From a virus, in the IMG/VR virus record IMGVR_UViG_3300009529_000009: 56,556 bases of DNA. The stretch is one strand, 5' to 3'. The notes beneath the pieces were generated by a model, which did no database searches, was not told the DNA's origin, and worked only from the letters and a program-made list of their open reading frames with translations. Shown here piece by piece: positions 38,699 to 48,413 of this stretch. The number at the start of each line of letters is the position of its first letter. Within the stretch, counting starts at the first letter, position 1. Both the position numbers and the translations under genes were made by a program.

Positions 38699-40357
38699 AT
38701 GATACTGAGGCTGACAGCTGAGAACTTCCGTTCGTACCAAAAACTCTCTTACAAGATCGAGACTGCAGGTCTCGTTGCAGTTGAGGGCATCTACGAGGGA
38801 GAGGGCGACCGGTCGAACGGTGCAGGCAAGAGCACCTTCTTGCCTGACGCTCTAGCATGGGTGATCTATGGAGAGACCACCGAGGGCATCCGAGAGGTTT
38901 GCTACAACGGGGCAGAGTCGTGCCGCGTTGAGTTGGAGCTTCCATTCGTCACGATCGCGAGGTCGCAGAAGGCGGATGGTACCAGCAACGAGATCACGAT
39001 CGATGGCGGCCCGCGCACGCTGGCGGATTCCAAAGCGTACCTCGCGCAGGTCTTCCCACCGAAGGAGATCTTCTGCTCGACGTTGATCCTTGGCCAGGGG
39101 GTGGCCGAGCGCCTGTCCTCCTGGACACCAGGCAACCGAGCCCAGCAGCTCTCTGAGTTGCTCGGGCTCGAACGTTGGAAGCAGGCTCGCTCTACGCTTG
39201 CCCAGGAGCGCAGGAAGCGCACTGGCGAGCTGCAGCAGCTACAAGGGTCCGCCAACACCCTGCGCAATCAGTTGACGCAGCTCAAGGCAACACAGGCCCA
39301 AGTGCGTAGGCCGAGGGCCACGATCGTGGCGGAGATGACCACGGCCCAGCAGCAGGAGCAGGCGAGGAGCCAGCAACTCGGCGCGGCCAACTCAAAGGTT
39401 CAGGGTGAGTCGACTCGCATAGGCCAGGCCATGGCTAACAAGAACAATACTGAGCGCCAGATTGCACAGCAGAGGTCCTCGCTCCAGAGCATGACTGCGT
39501 GTCCGACCTGCAAGAGGCCCTACTCGAAGCAGGCGATCGAGTCTGCCCAGAAGACAGCGGCGAACGCGATCAAGAAGCTCACGGCCGAGAACACTGAGTG
39601 TGCTCGGGTCATAGCGTCGAGCACCCTGGCCGATCTGAAAGCTGTGTCTGACAAGCTGCTTGCCGAGATCCAGCACTACCGCATGCAGCTGCAGCAGCTT
39701 ACTGGTGAGCTGGCCCAAGTAGACGCGGCTACAGAGCAAGTTACCTCGATCGAGCTACAGCTCGCCCAGGTTGAGGCAGCAGTGGCGCAGACGACAGGCG
39801 AGGTTGCTGAGTTGGATCTGCTAGACGCTGCCTTCGCCGAGATCCCAATACGGAAGATGGGGTCGGTGCTGGATGCAGTGAACACGAAGCTCGTCGAGAT
39901 GTGCAACGATGTGTGGGAATCCGAGTTCCTGGCGCAGCTATGCACCGATCGCGAGCTGAAGAAGGGCACGACCAAGGCCGAGATCAACCTGCTTGTGCAG
40001 AGCCGGGCCGGGCAGTACAAGAAGTCCTCGGTCGGTCAGCGAAGGAAGATCGACCTGAGTATCCAGGCCGCTCTGCGTGAGGTGCTTATGGGGACCTGGC
40101 CGAACCCGGTGCCGATCCTAGTCTGCGACGACGTTGTCGACGTGCTCGATCCATGGGCAAAGCGTCGTCTCTACAAGAACTATCTGTTGCCGACTGCTCA
40201 GGGCTCGGCTGTCTTCGTAATGAGCCCGCAAGGAGAGTACCCGGTGCCGGTACGGCGGAAGATCGTTGTCAATTACACCGAGAGCCAGGGCTCGTGGATA
40301 GGCGCATACAACGAGCCGGAACCAACGAAGCCAATGGTGGTTTTCAATGGGGCGTAG
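38699..40357 (+). CDS. Rad50/SbcC-like ABC ATPase with central coiled coil and CPTC zinc-hook
   Basis: Walker A GDRSNGAGKST. Long Q/A-rich coiled coil with CPTCKRPY in the middle. Signature/Walker B region SSVGQRRKIDLSIQ...PILVCDDVVDVLD. Confidence 0.85.
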   Translation: MILRLTAENFRSYQKLSYKIETAGLVAVEGIYEGEGDRSNGAGKSTFLPDALAWVIYGETTEGIREVCYNGAESCRVELELPFVTIARSQKADGTSNEITIDGGPRTLADSKAYLAQVFPPKEIFCSTLILGQGVAERLSSWTPGNRAQQLSELLGLERWKQARSTLAQERRKRTGELQQLQGSANTLRNQLTQLKATQAQVRRPRATIVAEMTTAQQQEQARSQQLGAANSKVQGESTRIGQAMANKNNTERQIAQQRSSLQSMTACPTCKRPYSKQAIESAQKTAANAIKKLTAENTECARVIASSTLADLKAVSDKLLAEIQHYRMQLQQLTGELAQVDAATEQVTSIELQLAQVEAAVAQTTGEVAELDLLDAAFAEIPIRKMGSVLDAVNTKLVEMCNDVWESEFLAQLCTDRELKKGTTKAEINLLVQSRAGQYKKSSVGQRRKIDLSIQAALREVLMGTWPNPVPILVCDDVVDVLDPWAKRRLYKNYLLPTAQGSAVFVMSPQGEYPVPVRRKIVVNYTESQGSWIGAYNEPEPTKPMVVFNGA

Positions 40358-40997
40358 CGACTACAAGATGACGGCGTTCCACGCGTACTGTGAGTATGCC
40401 GCTGGCAACGAGACGAGCATGCCCGAGGATCGGTGGGTTGCGATCTGGTCGGTGATCAAGCACTACGTCACTGCGGTCATCAAGGGTAAGGACTACAACT
40501 GTTCCGAGTTCGATCTCGATGACCACCTGGCCGAGCTGCAGTTGGAACTGTGGTCGAGGCTGTCCCAGCGGAAGATCCCTTGTGACAGTCCAAGTCTCTT
40601 TGTGGGGTCGGTGCGGGTTGTGACACAACAATTCCTGATCGGCAACCATCGGAAGACACAGGCCGAAGAGCGCTCGCGGGACAAGTACGCCGAGAGCACC
40701 GAGCCCGAGCAGGAGCCGAATCTGCACGGCAAGTTGTGGGCCGCGCATCTGGCGGGTTGGCACAAGGATGTGATCGCGGAGAAGATGGCAGGACGTGCAC
40801 GCTTCGACGTCGTGGACTTCGACCTGTGCCGTAACTACGTGGAGCTTGAATGCCGGAACGCAGACTCCAGGACGATAGAAGAGATGATCATCGAGACGGG
40901 TTACTGGGACCCGGGCTTCATGTACACCTACCTGACTATACTCTACCGTTGGGTCTACTACGACGTGACCTACGGACCAGAAGCATTGGTGGCATAA
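40347..40997 (+). CDS. hypothetical protein (216 aa)
   Basis: Overlaps the SbcC-like stop by 11 nt. No motifs recognised. Confidence 0.5.
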   Translation: MGRSDYKMTAFHAYCEYAAGNETSMPEDRWVAIWSVIKHYVTAVIKGKDYNCSEFDLDDHLAELQLELWSRLSQRKIPCDSPSLFVGSVRVVTQQFLIGNHRKTQAEERSRDKYAESTEPEQEPNLHGKLWAAHLAGWHKDVIAEKMAGRARFDVVDFDLCRNYVELECRNADSRTIEEMIIETGYWDPGFMYTYLTILYRWVYYDVTYGPEALVA

Positions 40998-41398
40998 TGG
41001 GCATGCACATACCAAACGAGGTGTTTGAGATCTTCCACCGCAACAGGGAGCGGTTCGTCACTGCCCTGCACGCGGCGGTGTTGTTGGAGTGCCCGTTCGA
41101 CGCGCTGCCGGAGATCTTCGACATCTTCGGAGACGACGCGCTGAAATTTGTCGAGATCTTTTCCGGTCGCACAGTCGCGGTGCCGTCTGTTCGTGATCTC
41201 GTAACGAAGCTGAAGCAGGTGTCGGTATACACGGCAATGGGCAGCTGCGAGGGTGACAAAGAGAAGATCGAGCGGGTGGTAGAGCAGGTTGCGACCAGGC
41301 TGGGGATGCGCAAGACCGAAGTCCGACAGACCTACATCAACATGAAGAGCCTCATGGACAGCCTGGCTATGGAACTGAGACCACGCTCTGATGGCTAA
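40997..41398 (+). CDS. hypothetical protein (133 aa), TAATG-coupled
   Basis: The ATG overlaps the preceding TAA. Begins MGMHIPNEVFEIF. Confidence 0.5.
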   Translation: MGMHIPNEVFEIFHRNRERFVTALHAAVLLECPFDALPEIFDIFGDDALKFVEIFSGRTVAVPSVRDLVTKLKQVSVYTAMGSCEGDKEKIERVVEQVATRLGMRKTEVRQTYINMKSLMDSLAMELRPRSDG

Positions 41399-42335
41399 GA
41401 TGAAGAAGGCTGCAACCAAGAAGAAGAAGAAGGCTGCCAAGAAGAAGGCGGCAACGCGGCGTGAGCTTTGGTTTGAGCAGAAGGCGAAGAAGAGGAAGCA
41501 GCCCGATGCCAAGATCTTGAAGCAGCTCGGTGTGCGTACCTGCTGGCTGTGCCACAAACACCTCAACGGCATAGCTGAATTCGAGAAGCACCTGAGCGAG
41601 GATCACGAGACGACGCTGCGTGAGTACGACAAGATGTATCCCGGCCAGTCGTTCTTCATCCCGTTCGATAAGCGGGTCACTGGGGATCAGATCTACCGTG
41701 CGTACATGTACCGCATGACGAACGGACGCTGGCCTGATTGGTTCGACGGTAACCAGCAGATAGAGATCGACAGCGCGGACCCTTCGTTGCTGCGTGCGGC
41801 GGCGAATATGCTGCTGACGTACCAGATGCACAGGATCGGTCCGATCATGGAGGCAAGCGCTGTAGCGTCACGCAGGATGTTCGAGCTGGCTGACGCATCG
41901 GAACTCAACTACGACGATCTGTGGGACTTCATGGGGCACGCCAATGCCCACATCAAGGACGCGACCAACGCGATACGATTACTTGCTGAGGTTGTGGAGA
42001 AGGCGACGCCCAAGCCGCCCAAAGGTGACGGCGGTACCGTGCGCATGGGTTTCGTAGCAGCTGGCACCATCGAGTCTGGTGACAGCACCGACACCGAGGC
42101 GCGGAGGCAGGTTGAACAGCGGAGGCATCACCTGACCGCTTCGGTCAGTGAGTTCACCCAAGCCATGCAGGGATTCCTGTCCGGCGGCCCTGAGAACGGG
42201 CCGGACATACCGTCGAAGGTCGAGCGGGAAGTAGCAGTGGAGCAGATCAATGTTAAGGCCCGAGGTCGACAGGCCGGTAGTGGGGAAGAAGAGAAATCTC
42301 CTCCAGCTGGCACTGACGGCTCACATAAACGGTGA
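41391..42335 (+). CDS. hypothetical protein with poly-Lys N-terminal tail; positional candidate for terminase small subunit
   Basis: Begins MAKMKKAATKKKKKAAKKKAA. Lies immediately upstream of the large terminase. The assignment is positional only. Confidence 0.4.
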   Translation: MAKMKKAATKKKKKAAKKKAATRRELWFEQKAKKRKQPDAKILKQLGVRTCWLCHKHLNGIAEFEKHLSEDHETTLREYDKMYPGQSFFIPFDKRVTGDQIYRAYMYRMTNGRWPDWFDGNQQIEIDSADPSLLRAAANMLLTYQMHRIGPIMEASAVASRRMFELADASELNYDDLWDFMGHANAHIKDATNAIRLLAEVVEKATPKPPKGDGGTVRMGFVAAGTIESGDSTDTEARRQVEQRRHHLTASVSEFTQAMQGFLSGGPENGPDIPSKVEREVAVEQINVKARGRQAGSGEEEKSPPAGTDGSHKR

Positions 42336-45267
42336 CGACGAGTTTGTCGCCGGTCTCGACCCGGATCTCCGCAGAGAGATTCTGAAGGTCTATTCATCCT
42401 TCGACGAGGTTGCGAACCTTGTCAGGGCAGAAGACTTCCAGCACCTCCGCGACTCGATTCCTCGTATCGTTGACGAGCTGATGCTTGATGGCTGGAGCGA
42501 GACTGCGGCTGGGATTGTCACACAGGACTACAAGGACATCCCGGTCACACCACGCCAGTTTCTCACTGACCCATACTACGCGGGCCGCTTCGGTGAGGGT
42601 CTCTACCCAGTCAACTTCCGGGATGCGTGCTGGCTGCTCAACCCGAAGAACCGAGTCTTCGAGGTCGTCCTCACGGGCTCCACAAGGTGGGGCAAAGACC
42701 AACCACTGACCTCAGAACTGATCACTTCCGACGGCCTGAAGAAGATGGGAGACATCACTACCAATGATCTGGTAGCTGGCAGGGATGGCTACTTCTACCC
42801 GGTGACCGGTGTCTACCCACAGGGTGCTCGTGACGTCTACACTGTGACGTTCTCTGATGGACAGGTGGTTCGGTGCGGCGCGGAGCATCTCTGGTCTGTC
42901 TTCACGAAGTCTGACAAGCACTATAGGCGACCCCTGAGAACGAAGACTCTTCGGGAGCTTTCGTCGGACCTACACTATAGGGACGGCTCGAATAAGTGGT
43001 TCGTTCCAGTGGCTGACCCGATACAGTGGTCGGAACGACATCTCCTGCTTCACCCATACCTGGCGGGTGTGTTGATCGGTAATGGCGGTCTCACGCAGAA
43101 CACGCCAATATTGACGACCTCTGATAGGGAACTTCTGCATTGGGTGGCGGCTCTCTTACCTCCTGGTGTTCAGGCAAACCACAAAGGCCGGTACACTTAC
43201 TCGCTCTCCTCTGGCACGCGCGGTGGTAAGTCTAATCCGTTGATGCAAGCCCTCAAGGCACTCGACATGTGCCACCCAGCGCACGAGAAGCGAGTACCGA
43301 AGGACTACCTCTATGGCAGCGTACAGCAACGGGCGTATTTGTTGCAGGGTCTCATGGATACTGAAAACGGTTCTGTTGAGCACAGCAACAACAAGCTGGA
43401 GTATTCGACTGCGTCGCCACGTCTTGCTGCCGATGTGCGTTTCCTGGTCGAAAGTCTTGGCGGTGTTTGCAGATATCTTGTTGGTCCTACGGCCGGTCGA
43501 GATCGGTATAGGCTGAGGCTGGCACTCCCATCATGGCTCTGCCCATTCCAGCTCACTAGAAAGAAGAACCACTACAGGCCGAGGGCTCGATACGCTCCAA
43601 GTAGGGCCATTGTATCAGTTGAATACTCCGGTGCGGAAGAGACCCAGTGCATCTCAACGTCCGCGCCAGGTGGTCTCTATCTGACAGACCATTGTGTAGT
43701 CACACATAACACCACCCTAGCTACGATCATGGCCGGGTACCGGATCTATCTACTCTCGTTGCTGAGGGACCCACAGGGATTCTTTGGTCTGATGCGTGGA
43801 TCGAGCATCCGGTACGGCATCTTCAATATCTTCAAGTACAAGACCGGCGACATGCACTCGCGTATCCAGGCGATCATCGACGAGTGCCCGTACTTCGTGG
43901 AGAAGTTCTCTCGGCTGAGTGGCGAGCGCAGCAAGGAGCTGATCCTTCCGGACCATGTGTCGATCGTTGAGGGCGCCACCGAGCTTCACGCACTGGGTGA
44001 AACATTCATCGGCGGTATTCTCGACGAGGTCAACTTCATGCGCTCGGCTAAGGGCCGAAGCAGGGCGCATGCAGAGGAATCGCTGGGTCAGGCGCAGAAG
44101 CTGTACGGCGCGATCCGAGGACGCCTCCGCAACCAGTTCGTAGCCAGCCCTGGCTCGGCCGCGCCATACTTCATGTGCCTGCTCTCGCAGCGACGCGCCC
44201 AGACTGACTTCCTCGAAGAGCACATTACGAAGCACGGCCACGAGGACGGTGTCGCGGTAATTTCTCGTGCCATATGGGACGTTCAGCCCGAGGGCACATA
44301 CAAGAGCGGAAGGACGTTCCGGGTCTTCTGTGGCGACGACACTGCGGAGCCTCGTATTCTCGTGGAGGGCGAGGACGAGGCTGACCAGGTAGACGAGGCC
44401 AATGTGATCACGGCCCCGTTGGAGCACAAGCCCGACGCCGAAAACAACATCGAAGACTTCATCCGCAATATCGCTGGGCGTGCGACGGTTGCGGCGAGCG
44501 GGTTGTTCCACAGGCCGGAAGTCATATACAACAACTACGACGAGAACTTGGTTCACCCGTTCAAGACCCAGTTCATGGTGATCTCGACGAACTCGCCTGT
44601 CCGCATTCAGGACGCTGTGCGCGAGGACATCATGTTCGAGACACACCTCAACCACTATCGGCCGAGGCTGCACCCAGAGGCTGGGCGCGTCATGCATATC
44701 GACCTTGCGGTGACCGGCTGCTCAGTGGGAATCGCGTGCGTGCACATGTGGACACCGCCACAGGGAGGCATGCCGCTCACCTACCTGGACTTCGCATTCC
44801 GGATCGATCCGCCTCCGTACGGCCGGGGCGAAGTGGACTTCGACAAGATCATCGAATTCGTTGAGTACCTCCACCGGAACCATTACACGTTCCAGATGGT
44901 CTCCCTGGACAAGTACCAGTCAAGGCACTTCGTACAGAAGCTCCACAAGATGGGCATCGAGGCTGATTTTGTGAGTGTCGACGAATCGGATGATCCGTAT
45001 ATAAACTTGAAGGGTGTCTACGAGTCCGGGATAATCAGAACGTACCCGTACGAACCGCTCGAAACTGAGCTGAGGCACCTGTCGCACGACATAACGGCGA
45101 AGAAGGTCTTCAAGCCGCTCAGTGGGTCCAAGGACGTGAGCGACGCTCTGTATGGGGCAGTCTACGGTCTGATCCCACCGAGGAAGAGGGCCAACAAGTT
45201 GGAGATGCAGCAACGGCTACCGGTCGGGGGACTACCGCAGGCACCGGCAATTTTGGTGGGAGGTTGA
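42250..45267 (+). CDS. Terminase large subunit containing an intein
   Basis: Walker A LTGSTRWGKD, Walker B FIGGILDEVNF and a C-terminal RNaseH-like nuclease region (HIDLAVTGCSVG...). ATG 42250 has a GGAG RBS. The N-terminus overlaps the upstream ORF by 86 nt. Confidence 0.85.
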   Translation: MLRPEVDRPVVGKKRNLLQLALTAHINGDDEFVAGLDPDLRREILKVYSSFDEVANLVRAEDFQHLRDSIPRIVDELMLDGWSETAAGIVTQDYKDIPVTPRQFLTDPYYAGRFGEGLYPVNFRDACWLLNPKNRVFEVVLTGSTRWGKDQPLTSELITSDGLKKMGDITTNDLVAGRDGYFYPVTGVYPQGARDVYTVTFSDGQVVRCGAEHLWSVFTKSDKHYRRPLRTKTLRELSSDLHYRDGSNKWFVPVADPIQWSERHLLLHPYLAGVLIGNGGLTQNTPILTTSDRELLHWVAALLPPGVQANHKGRYTYSLSSGTRGGKSNPLMQALKALDMCHPAHEKRVPKDYLYGSVQQRAYLLQGLMDTENGSVEHSNNKLEYSTASPRLAADVRFLVESLGGVCRYLVGPTAGRDRYRLRLALPSWLCPFQLTRKKNHYRPRARYAPSRAIVSVEYSGAEETQCISTSAPGGLYLTDHCVVTHNTTLATIMAGYRIYLLSLLRDPQGFFGLMRGSSIRYGIFNIFKYKTGDMHSRIQAIIDECPYFVEKFSRLSGERSKELILPDHVSIVEGATELHALGETFIGGILDEVNFMRSAKGRSRAHAEESLGQAQKLYGAIRGRLRNQFVASPGSAAPYFMCLLSQRRAQTDFLEEHITKHGHEDGVAVISRAIWDVQPEGTYKSGRTFRVFCGDDTAEPRILVEGEDEADQVDEANVITAPLEHKPDAENNIEDFIRNIAGRATVAASGLFHRPEVIYNNYDENLVHPFKTQFMVISTNSPVRIQDAVREDIMFETHLNHYRPRLHPEAGRVMHIDLAVTGCSVGIACVHMWTPPQGGMPLTYLDFAFRIDPPPYGRGEVDFDKIIEFVEYLHRNHYTFQMVSLDKYQSRHFVQKLHKMGIEADFVSVDESDDPYINLKGVYESGIIRTYPYEPLETELRHLSHDITAKKVFKPLSGSKDVSDALYGAVYGLIPPRKRANKLEMQQRLPVGGLPQAPAILVGG
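42712..43711 (+). mobile_element. Intein (Hint domain with LAGLIDADG-type homing endonuclease) inserted just after terminase P-loop
   Basis: Two LAGLIDADG-like motifs (YLAGVLIGNGG, YLLQGLMDTENG). C-terminal splice motif VVTHN followed by Thr. Boundaries approximate to within about 10 aa. Confidence 0.6.
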
Positions 45268-45270
45268 TAG

Positions 45271-47130
45271 ATGGCGCAGGCACCGCAGGTGGTCAACGAA
45301 GAGATGCGACCCAGGCAAGGCTTTGGGACCCGTATCTACAACTTCATCCGAGGCGTCCTCTATGGAGCGCCCAAACCCTACATGCGACGACGGGACACCT
45401 CGGGGAAGGCTGCCGCGCCGTCGCTCGCGTCTGGCGAAGAAGGCCAGAACATGTACTCGTTCTACGGCGAGCGCATGCGTCTGGGCAAGACGAGGATGGA
45501 GATCTACGACGAGGTCGATGTCATGGACTCGGACGATCTCCCGTCGGCCGTGCTCGACACGTATACCGAGGACGCAATCCAGATCGACCCGGCAACGAAC
45601 CGCATGCTCTGGGTGGAGGACTGCAACGAAGAGATCCGCCAGATCTGCGAGGAGTGCATCGAGACCACTCAGCTCGAAGAGTACGCGCCACTGGTCGGCA
45701 GAGGCCTCGGCAAATATGGCGACTTCCCTGTCGAACTCTTCTGGGAGCCCGGTACCGGCATTAGCATGCTGCGCTTCCACCACCCGAAGCGGTTCCGCAG
45801 GTTTGAGGACTACGACACCGGAACGCTGCTCGGCTTCTACCTCGGCGAGACTGCTGGTGGTTCCTCGGAGCCGAACAAGCAGCCGTGGGAGATCGTGCAC
45901 TTCAGGATCTTTGGATCGCTCTCGGCCATGTACGGCACCACGTTGCTCGTGTCATCTCGCAGGCCGTACCGCAGGTTGCGCATGGCCGAAGACGCCGACG
46001 TCGTCTACATCCTTCAGCGCCATGCTGACCGCGACGTCTACTACGTCGACTGCACTGGCCTCACTGACGAGGAGACCTCGGACTACGTCGAGCGCTTCAC
46101 GACGAAGCTCAAGAAGACGAAGTACTACGACCCGAGCAGCGGCCAGCTCCGTGAGGACTGGAACCCGTGGACGGCGAATGAGGACCTCGTGGTCCCTCAG
46201 GTGCAGGGACGCGAGACGAAGATCGAACGACTCAAGGGTTCGAGCAACGCGAATGAAGCTACGAACCTGCACTACTATCTGGCGCGGTATCACGCGTCGG
46301 TCCGCATCCCGCCCAGCTTCTTTGGCTACAACATCGAGGGCTCGACACCGTATGACCCCAGCCGGAGACTCACACAGCAGGACAGTCGATACGTCCGCAT
46401 ACCGCAGAAGCTGCAGCGGTACTTCCTGCTTGGTGTTCACCGTGTCCTCCAGCTGAACCTGGCGTTTAGGGGGATCGACCCCCGAGATCCGGACAACCAG
46501 TTCACCCTGGCTATGGCACCGGTCTCGTTCCTCGAAGAGCTGCACCGTCAGCAGCTGATCGAGATCCGCATTGACATCATCGATCGCCTGCTCAACCTCG
46601 GACAACAGGTCAACTTCGACATGCAGATCTGGATCAGGTACGTGCTCAAGCAGTATGGGCACCTGTCCGACAGGCTGATCGACGCGTTGATCCTGCCGGG
46701 TGCTCCACAGCAACAAGGTGGCGAGCCTGGTGCGCCGCCAGCGCCGCCTCCTGAGATGCCACCGCCGGGCGATGTCAATGCCGCCGGTCCGGGACTGCCT
46801 CCGCCGCCGCCGCCTCCGGCCGAAGGACCCTCGGGAGCACCAGGAGCAGAGTTCGAGAAGCTCCGGCCCGAGCTACGGCCATTGCTCATGGAGTTGGTCA
46901 CGCGGCTCGGCCGGGTCAACCAGATGATGGAGTCACGCAAGGTCAAGCCTTCCGATGCGAAGCACTTCTTCGTGAAGGACCTTCGTGAGGACTGGTTCGG
47001 GAGGGAAGGCGGCGAGGAAGAGGGTTCGGCTATTCCGAGCAAGGACACCAGCGGAGAGCTGTACAAGACCGAGGACCACCTCGATCTGGCGATGACCATC
47101 GACGAGACGAAGGACGAGAATGAATCATAG
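45271..47130 (+). CDS. putative portal protein (follows terminase) with poly-Pro/acidic C-terminus
   Basis: 619 aa directly after the large terminase. GGAGG RBS. C-terminus PGAPPAPPPEMPPPGD...LPPPPPPPAEGP then an acidic tail. Portal assignment is positional, with a loose gp20-like feel. Confidence 0.5.
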   Translation: MAQAPQVVNEEMRPRQGFGTRIYNFIRGVLYGAPKPYMRRRDTSGKAAAPSLASGEEGQNMYSFYGERMRLGKTRMEIYDEVDVMDSDDLPSAVLDTYTEDAIQIDPATNRMLWVEDCNEEIRQICEECIETTQLEEYAPLVGRGLGKYGDFPVELFWEPGTGISMLRFHHPKRFRRFEDYDTGTLLGFYLGETAGGSSEPNKQPWEIVHFRIFGSLSAMYGTTLLVSSRRPYRRLRMAEDADVVYILQRHADRDVYYVDCTGLTDEETSDYVERFTTKLKKTKYYDPSSGQLREDWNPWTANEDLVVPQVQGRETKIERLKGSSNANEATNLHYYLARYHASVRIPPSFFGYNIEGSTPYDPSRRLTQQDSRYVRIPQKLQRYFLLGVHRVLQLNLAFRGIDPRDPDNQFTLAMAPVSFLEELHRQQLIEIRIDIIDRLLNLGQQVNFDMQIWIRYVLKQYGHLSDRLIDALILPGAPQQQGGEPGAPPAPPPEMPPPGDVNAAGPGLPPPPPPPAEGPSGAPGAEFEKLRPELRPLLMELVTRLGRVNQMMESRKVKPSDAKHFFVKDLREDWFGREGGEEEGSAIPSKDTSGELYKTEDHLDLAMTIDETKDENES

Positions 47131-47599
47131 GGAGTTGGTCGAGACCGTGGCCGCCCGTTGCGGTGCCCGGCCCGCCGATATTCATAGAGTCATGCGTGAG
47201 CTGGTCTCCGAGGTCCAGCGTCAGCTCGTGCTCGGAGAAGAGGTTTGTGTCACAGGCCTTGGACGCTTCCGGTGTCTCTCGACGCGATCGCAGCGCGGTG
47301 TGTCGAACCTACCCGGGCTCAAGGGCAAGTACGTCTTGCCCCGAGCGAAGAAGCGGATCAAGTTCGTGCAGTCGGTCAAGGCCACGCGAGAGATTTCGAG
47401 CAACGACATTGTGTCAGCGTTCGTGAGTGGTGCACACCTGGTCAGTGAGAAAGCGAGGAAGATTCCTATGGCCAAAAAGAAGGGGAAGCACATCACGGTT
47501 GATGTGCCTCGTGAGGTTGAGTCGGTCACGATCAATGTGGTCGACCAGCAGCCCAAGAAGAAGGGCGAGTCGTCGAGCAAGAGTCGCTTGCTCGGCTAG
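47120..47599 (+). CDS. HU/IHF-family DNA-binding protein with basic C-terminal extension
   Basis: MNHRELVETVAARCGARPADIHRVMRELVSEVQRQLVLGEEVCVTGLGRFRCLSTRSQRGVSNLPGLKGKYVLPRAKKRIKF aligns to the HU fold (MNKTELIDAIA...GFGTF...R.GRNP.TG). Confidence 0.8.
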   Translation: MNHRELVETVAARCGARPADIHRVMRELVSEVQRQLVLGEEVCVTGLGRFRCLSTRSQRGVSNLPGLKGKYVLPRAKKRIKFVQSVKATREISSNDIVSAFVSGAHLVSEKARKIPMAKKKGKHITVDVPREVESVTINVVDQQPKKKGESSSKSRLLG

Positions 47600-47610
47600 A
47601 AGGGTCGGTC

Positions 47611-48027
47611 ATGCTGGAGTTGATCTGGGCGTCGTTCGTGAACGTGATCGCGCCGGTGCTGGGGACGCTGGCTGGCGTGGTGGGACTCCTGCTGTTGACG
47701 AAGCTGCTGAAGAGCCTCGGCCTGTCGGTCGAGCAGAAGCAGCTCGGCGCACTGGCCGAGGCAGCGAGACAGGCCGTGACGGCGACCGAGGCCTGGGCCG
47801 AGAAGAAGGCTGCTGACAGTGGTGCCAAGGTCGCGTCGAAGGAGAAGGCGGCCAAGGCCGTCGGCATCGTGAAGACGTTCCTCGTGAACCAGCAGTTGTA
47901 CAACATCGCTGAGGACAAGATCGTTGCTGCGATCGAGGCGAAGCTCGGCGAGGATGCACAGCATCTCGACCTGATCGTTGAGACGATTCGCAACCGGAAG
48001 TCCGAGAAGACCGAATCGGGAAACTGA
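47611..48027 (+). CDS. membrane protein (single N-terminal TM helix, helical Ala/Lys-rich ectodomain)
   Basis: LELIWASFVNVIAPVLGTLAGVVGLLLL is a TM segment. GAAGGG RBS. Possible holin or i-spanin-like protein, but no lysin was seen. Confidence 0.55.
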   Translation: MLELIWASFVNVIAPVLGTLAGVVGLLLLTKLLKSLGLSVEQKQLGALAEAARQAVTATEAWAEKKAADSGAKVASKEKAAKAVGIVKTFLVNQQLYNIAEDKIVAAIEAKLGEDAQHLDLIVETIRNRKSEKTESGN

Positions 48028-48047
48028 TCTGGGCTCCGATCAAGGCA

Positions 48048-48413
48048 GTGCTCCGGGAGCACGGTGCTCTTCAGATCGTGCTCCCATCGCTGCTTCAGTC
48101 GGAGCGTAGCCAGCTCGACAAGCTGTTGGCCAAGCACGCGGAGGTCGTCGACCGTCAGTTGGTGCCGGAGGTCCTCCGCTGGATCGACACCGAGAAGTAC
48201 GACAAGGAGCGGGTCTGCAAACTGCTCTTCCGTTTCTACAGGGTCTTCAGGGCGTATCAATCGAAGAAGGCGGGGTGGTCCCTTGCGAGATGCCAAGAGG
48301 TGTGGAAGCGCATGCAGAACATCTTCTTGGGCAAGCGTACTAACGTTGCTCCTGGCCTTGGTAAGCTTCTCGTCCTGCTCGAACGATGTCGAGGCGACAT
48401 ACGAATTTCCTGA
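48048..48413 (+). CDS. hypothetical protein (121 aa, GTG start), frame A of an overlapping pair
   Basis: Plausible soluble protein sequence. Overlapped in the +1 frame by the ORF at 48064. Confidence 0.4.
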   Translation: MLREHGALQIVLPSLLQSERSQLDKLLAKHAEVVDRQLVPEVLRWIDTEKYDKERVCKLLFRFYRVFRAYQSKKAGWSLARCQEVWKRMQNIFLGKRTNVAPGLGKLLVLLERCRGDIRIS

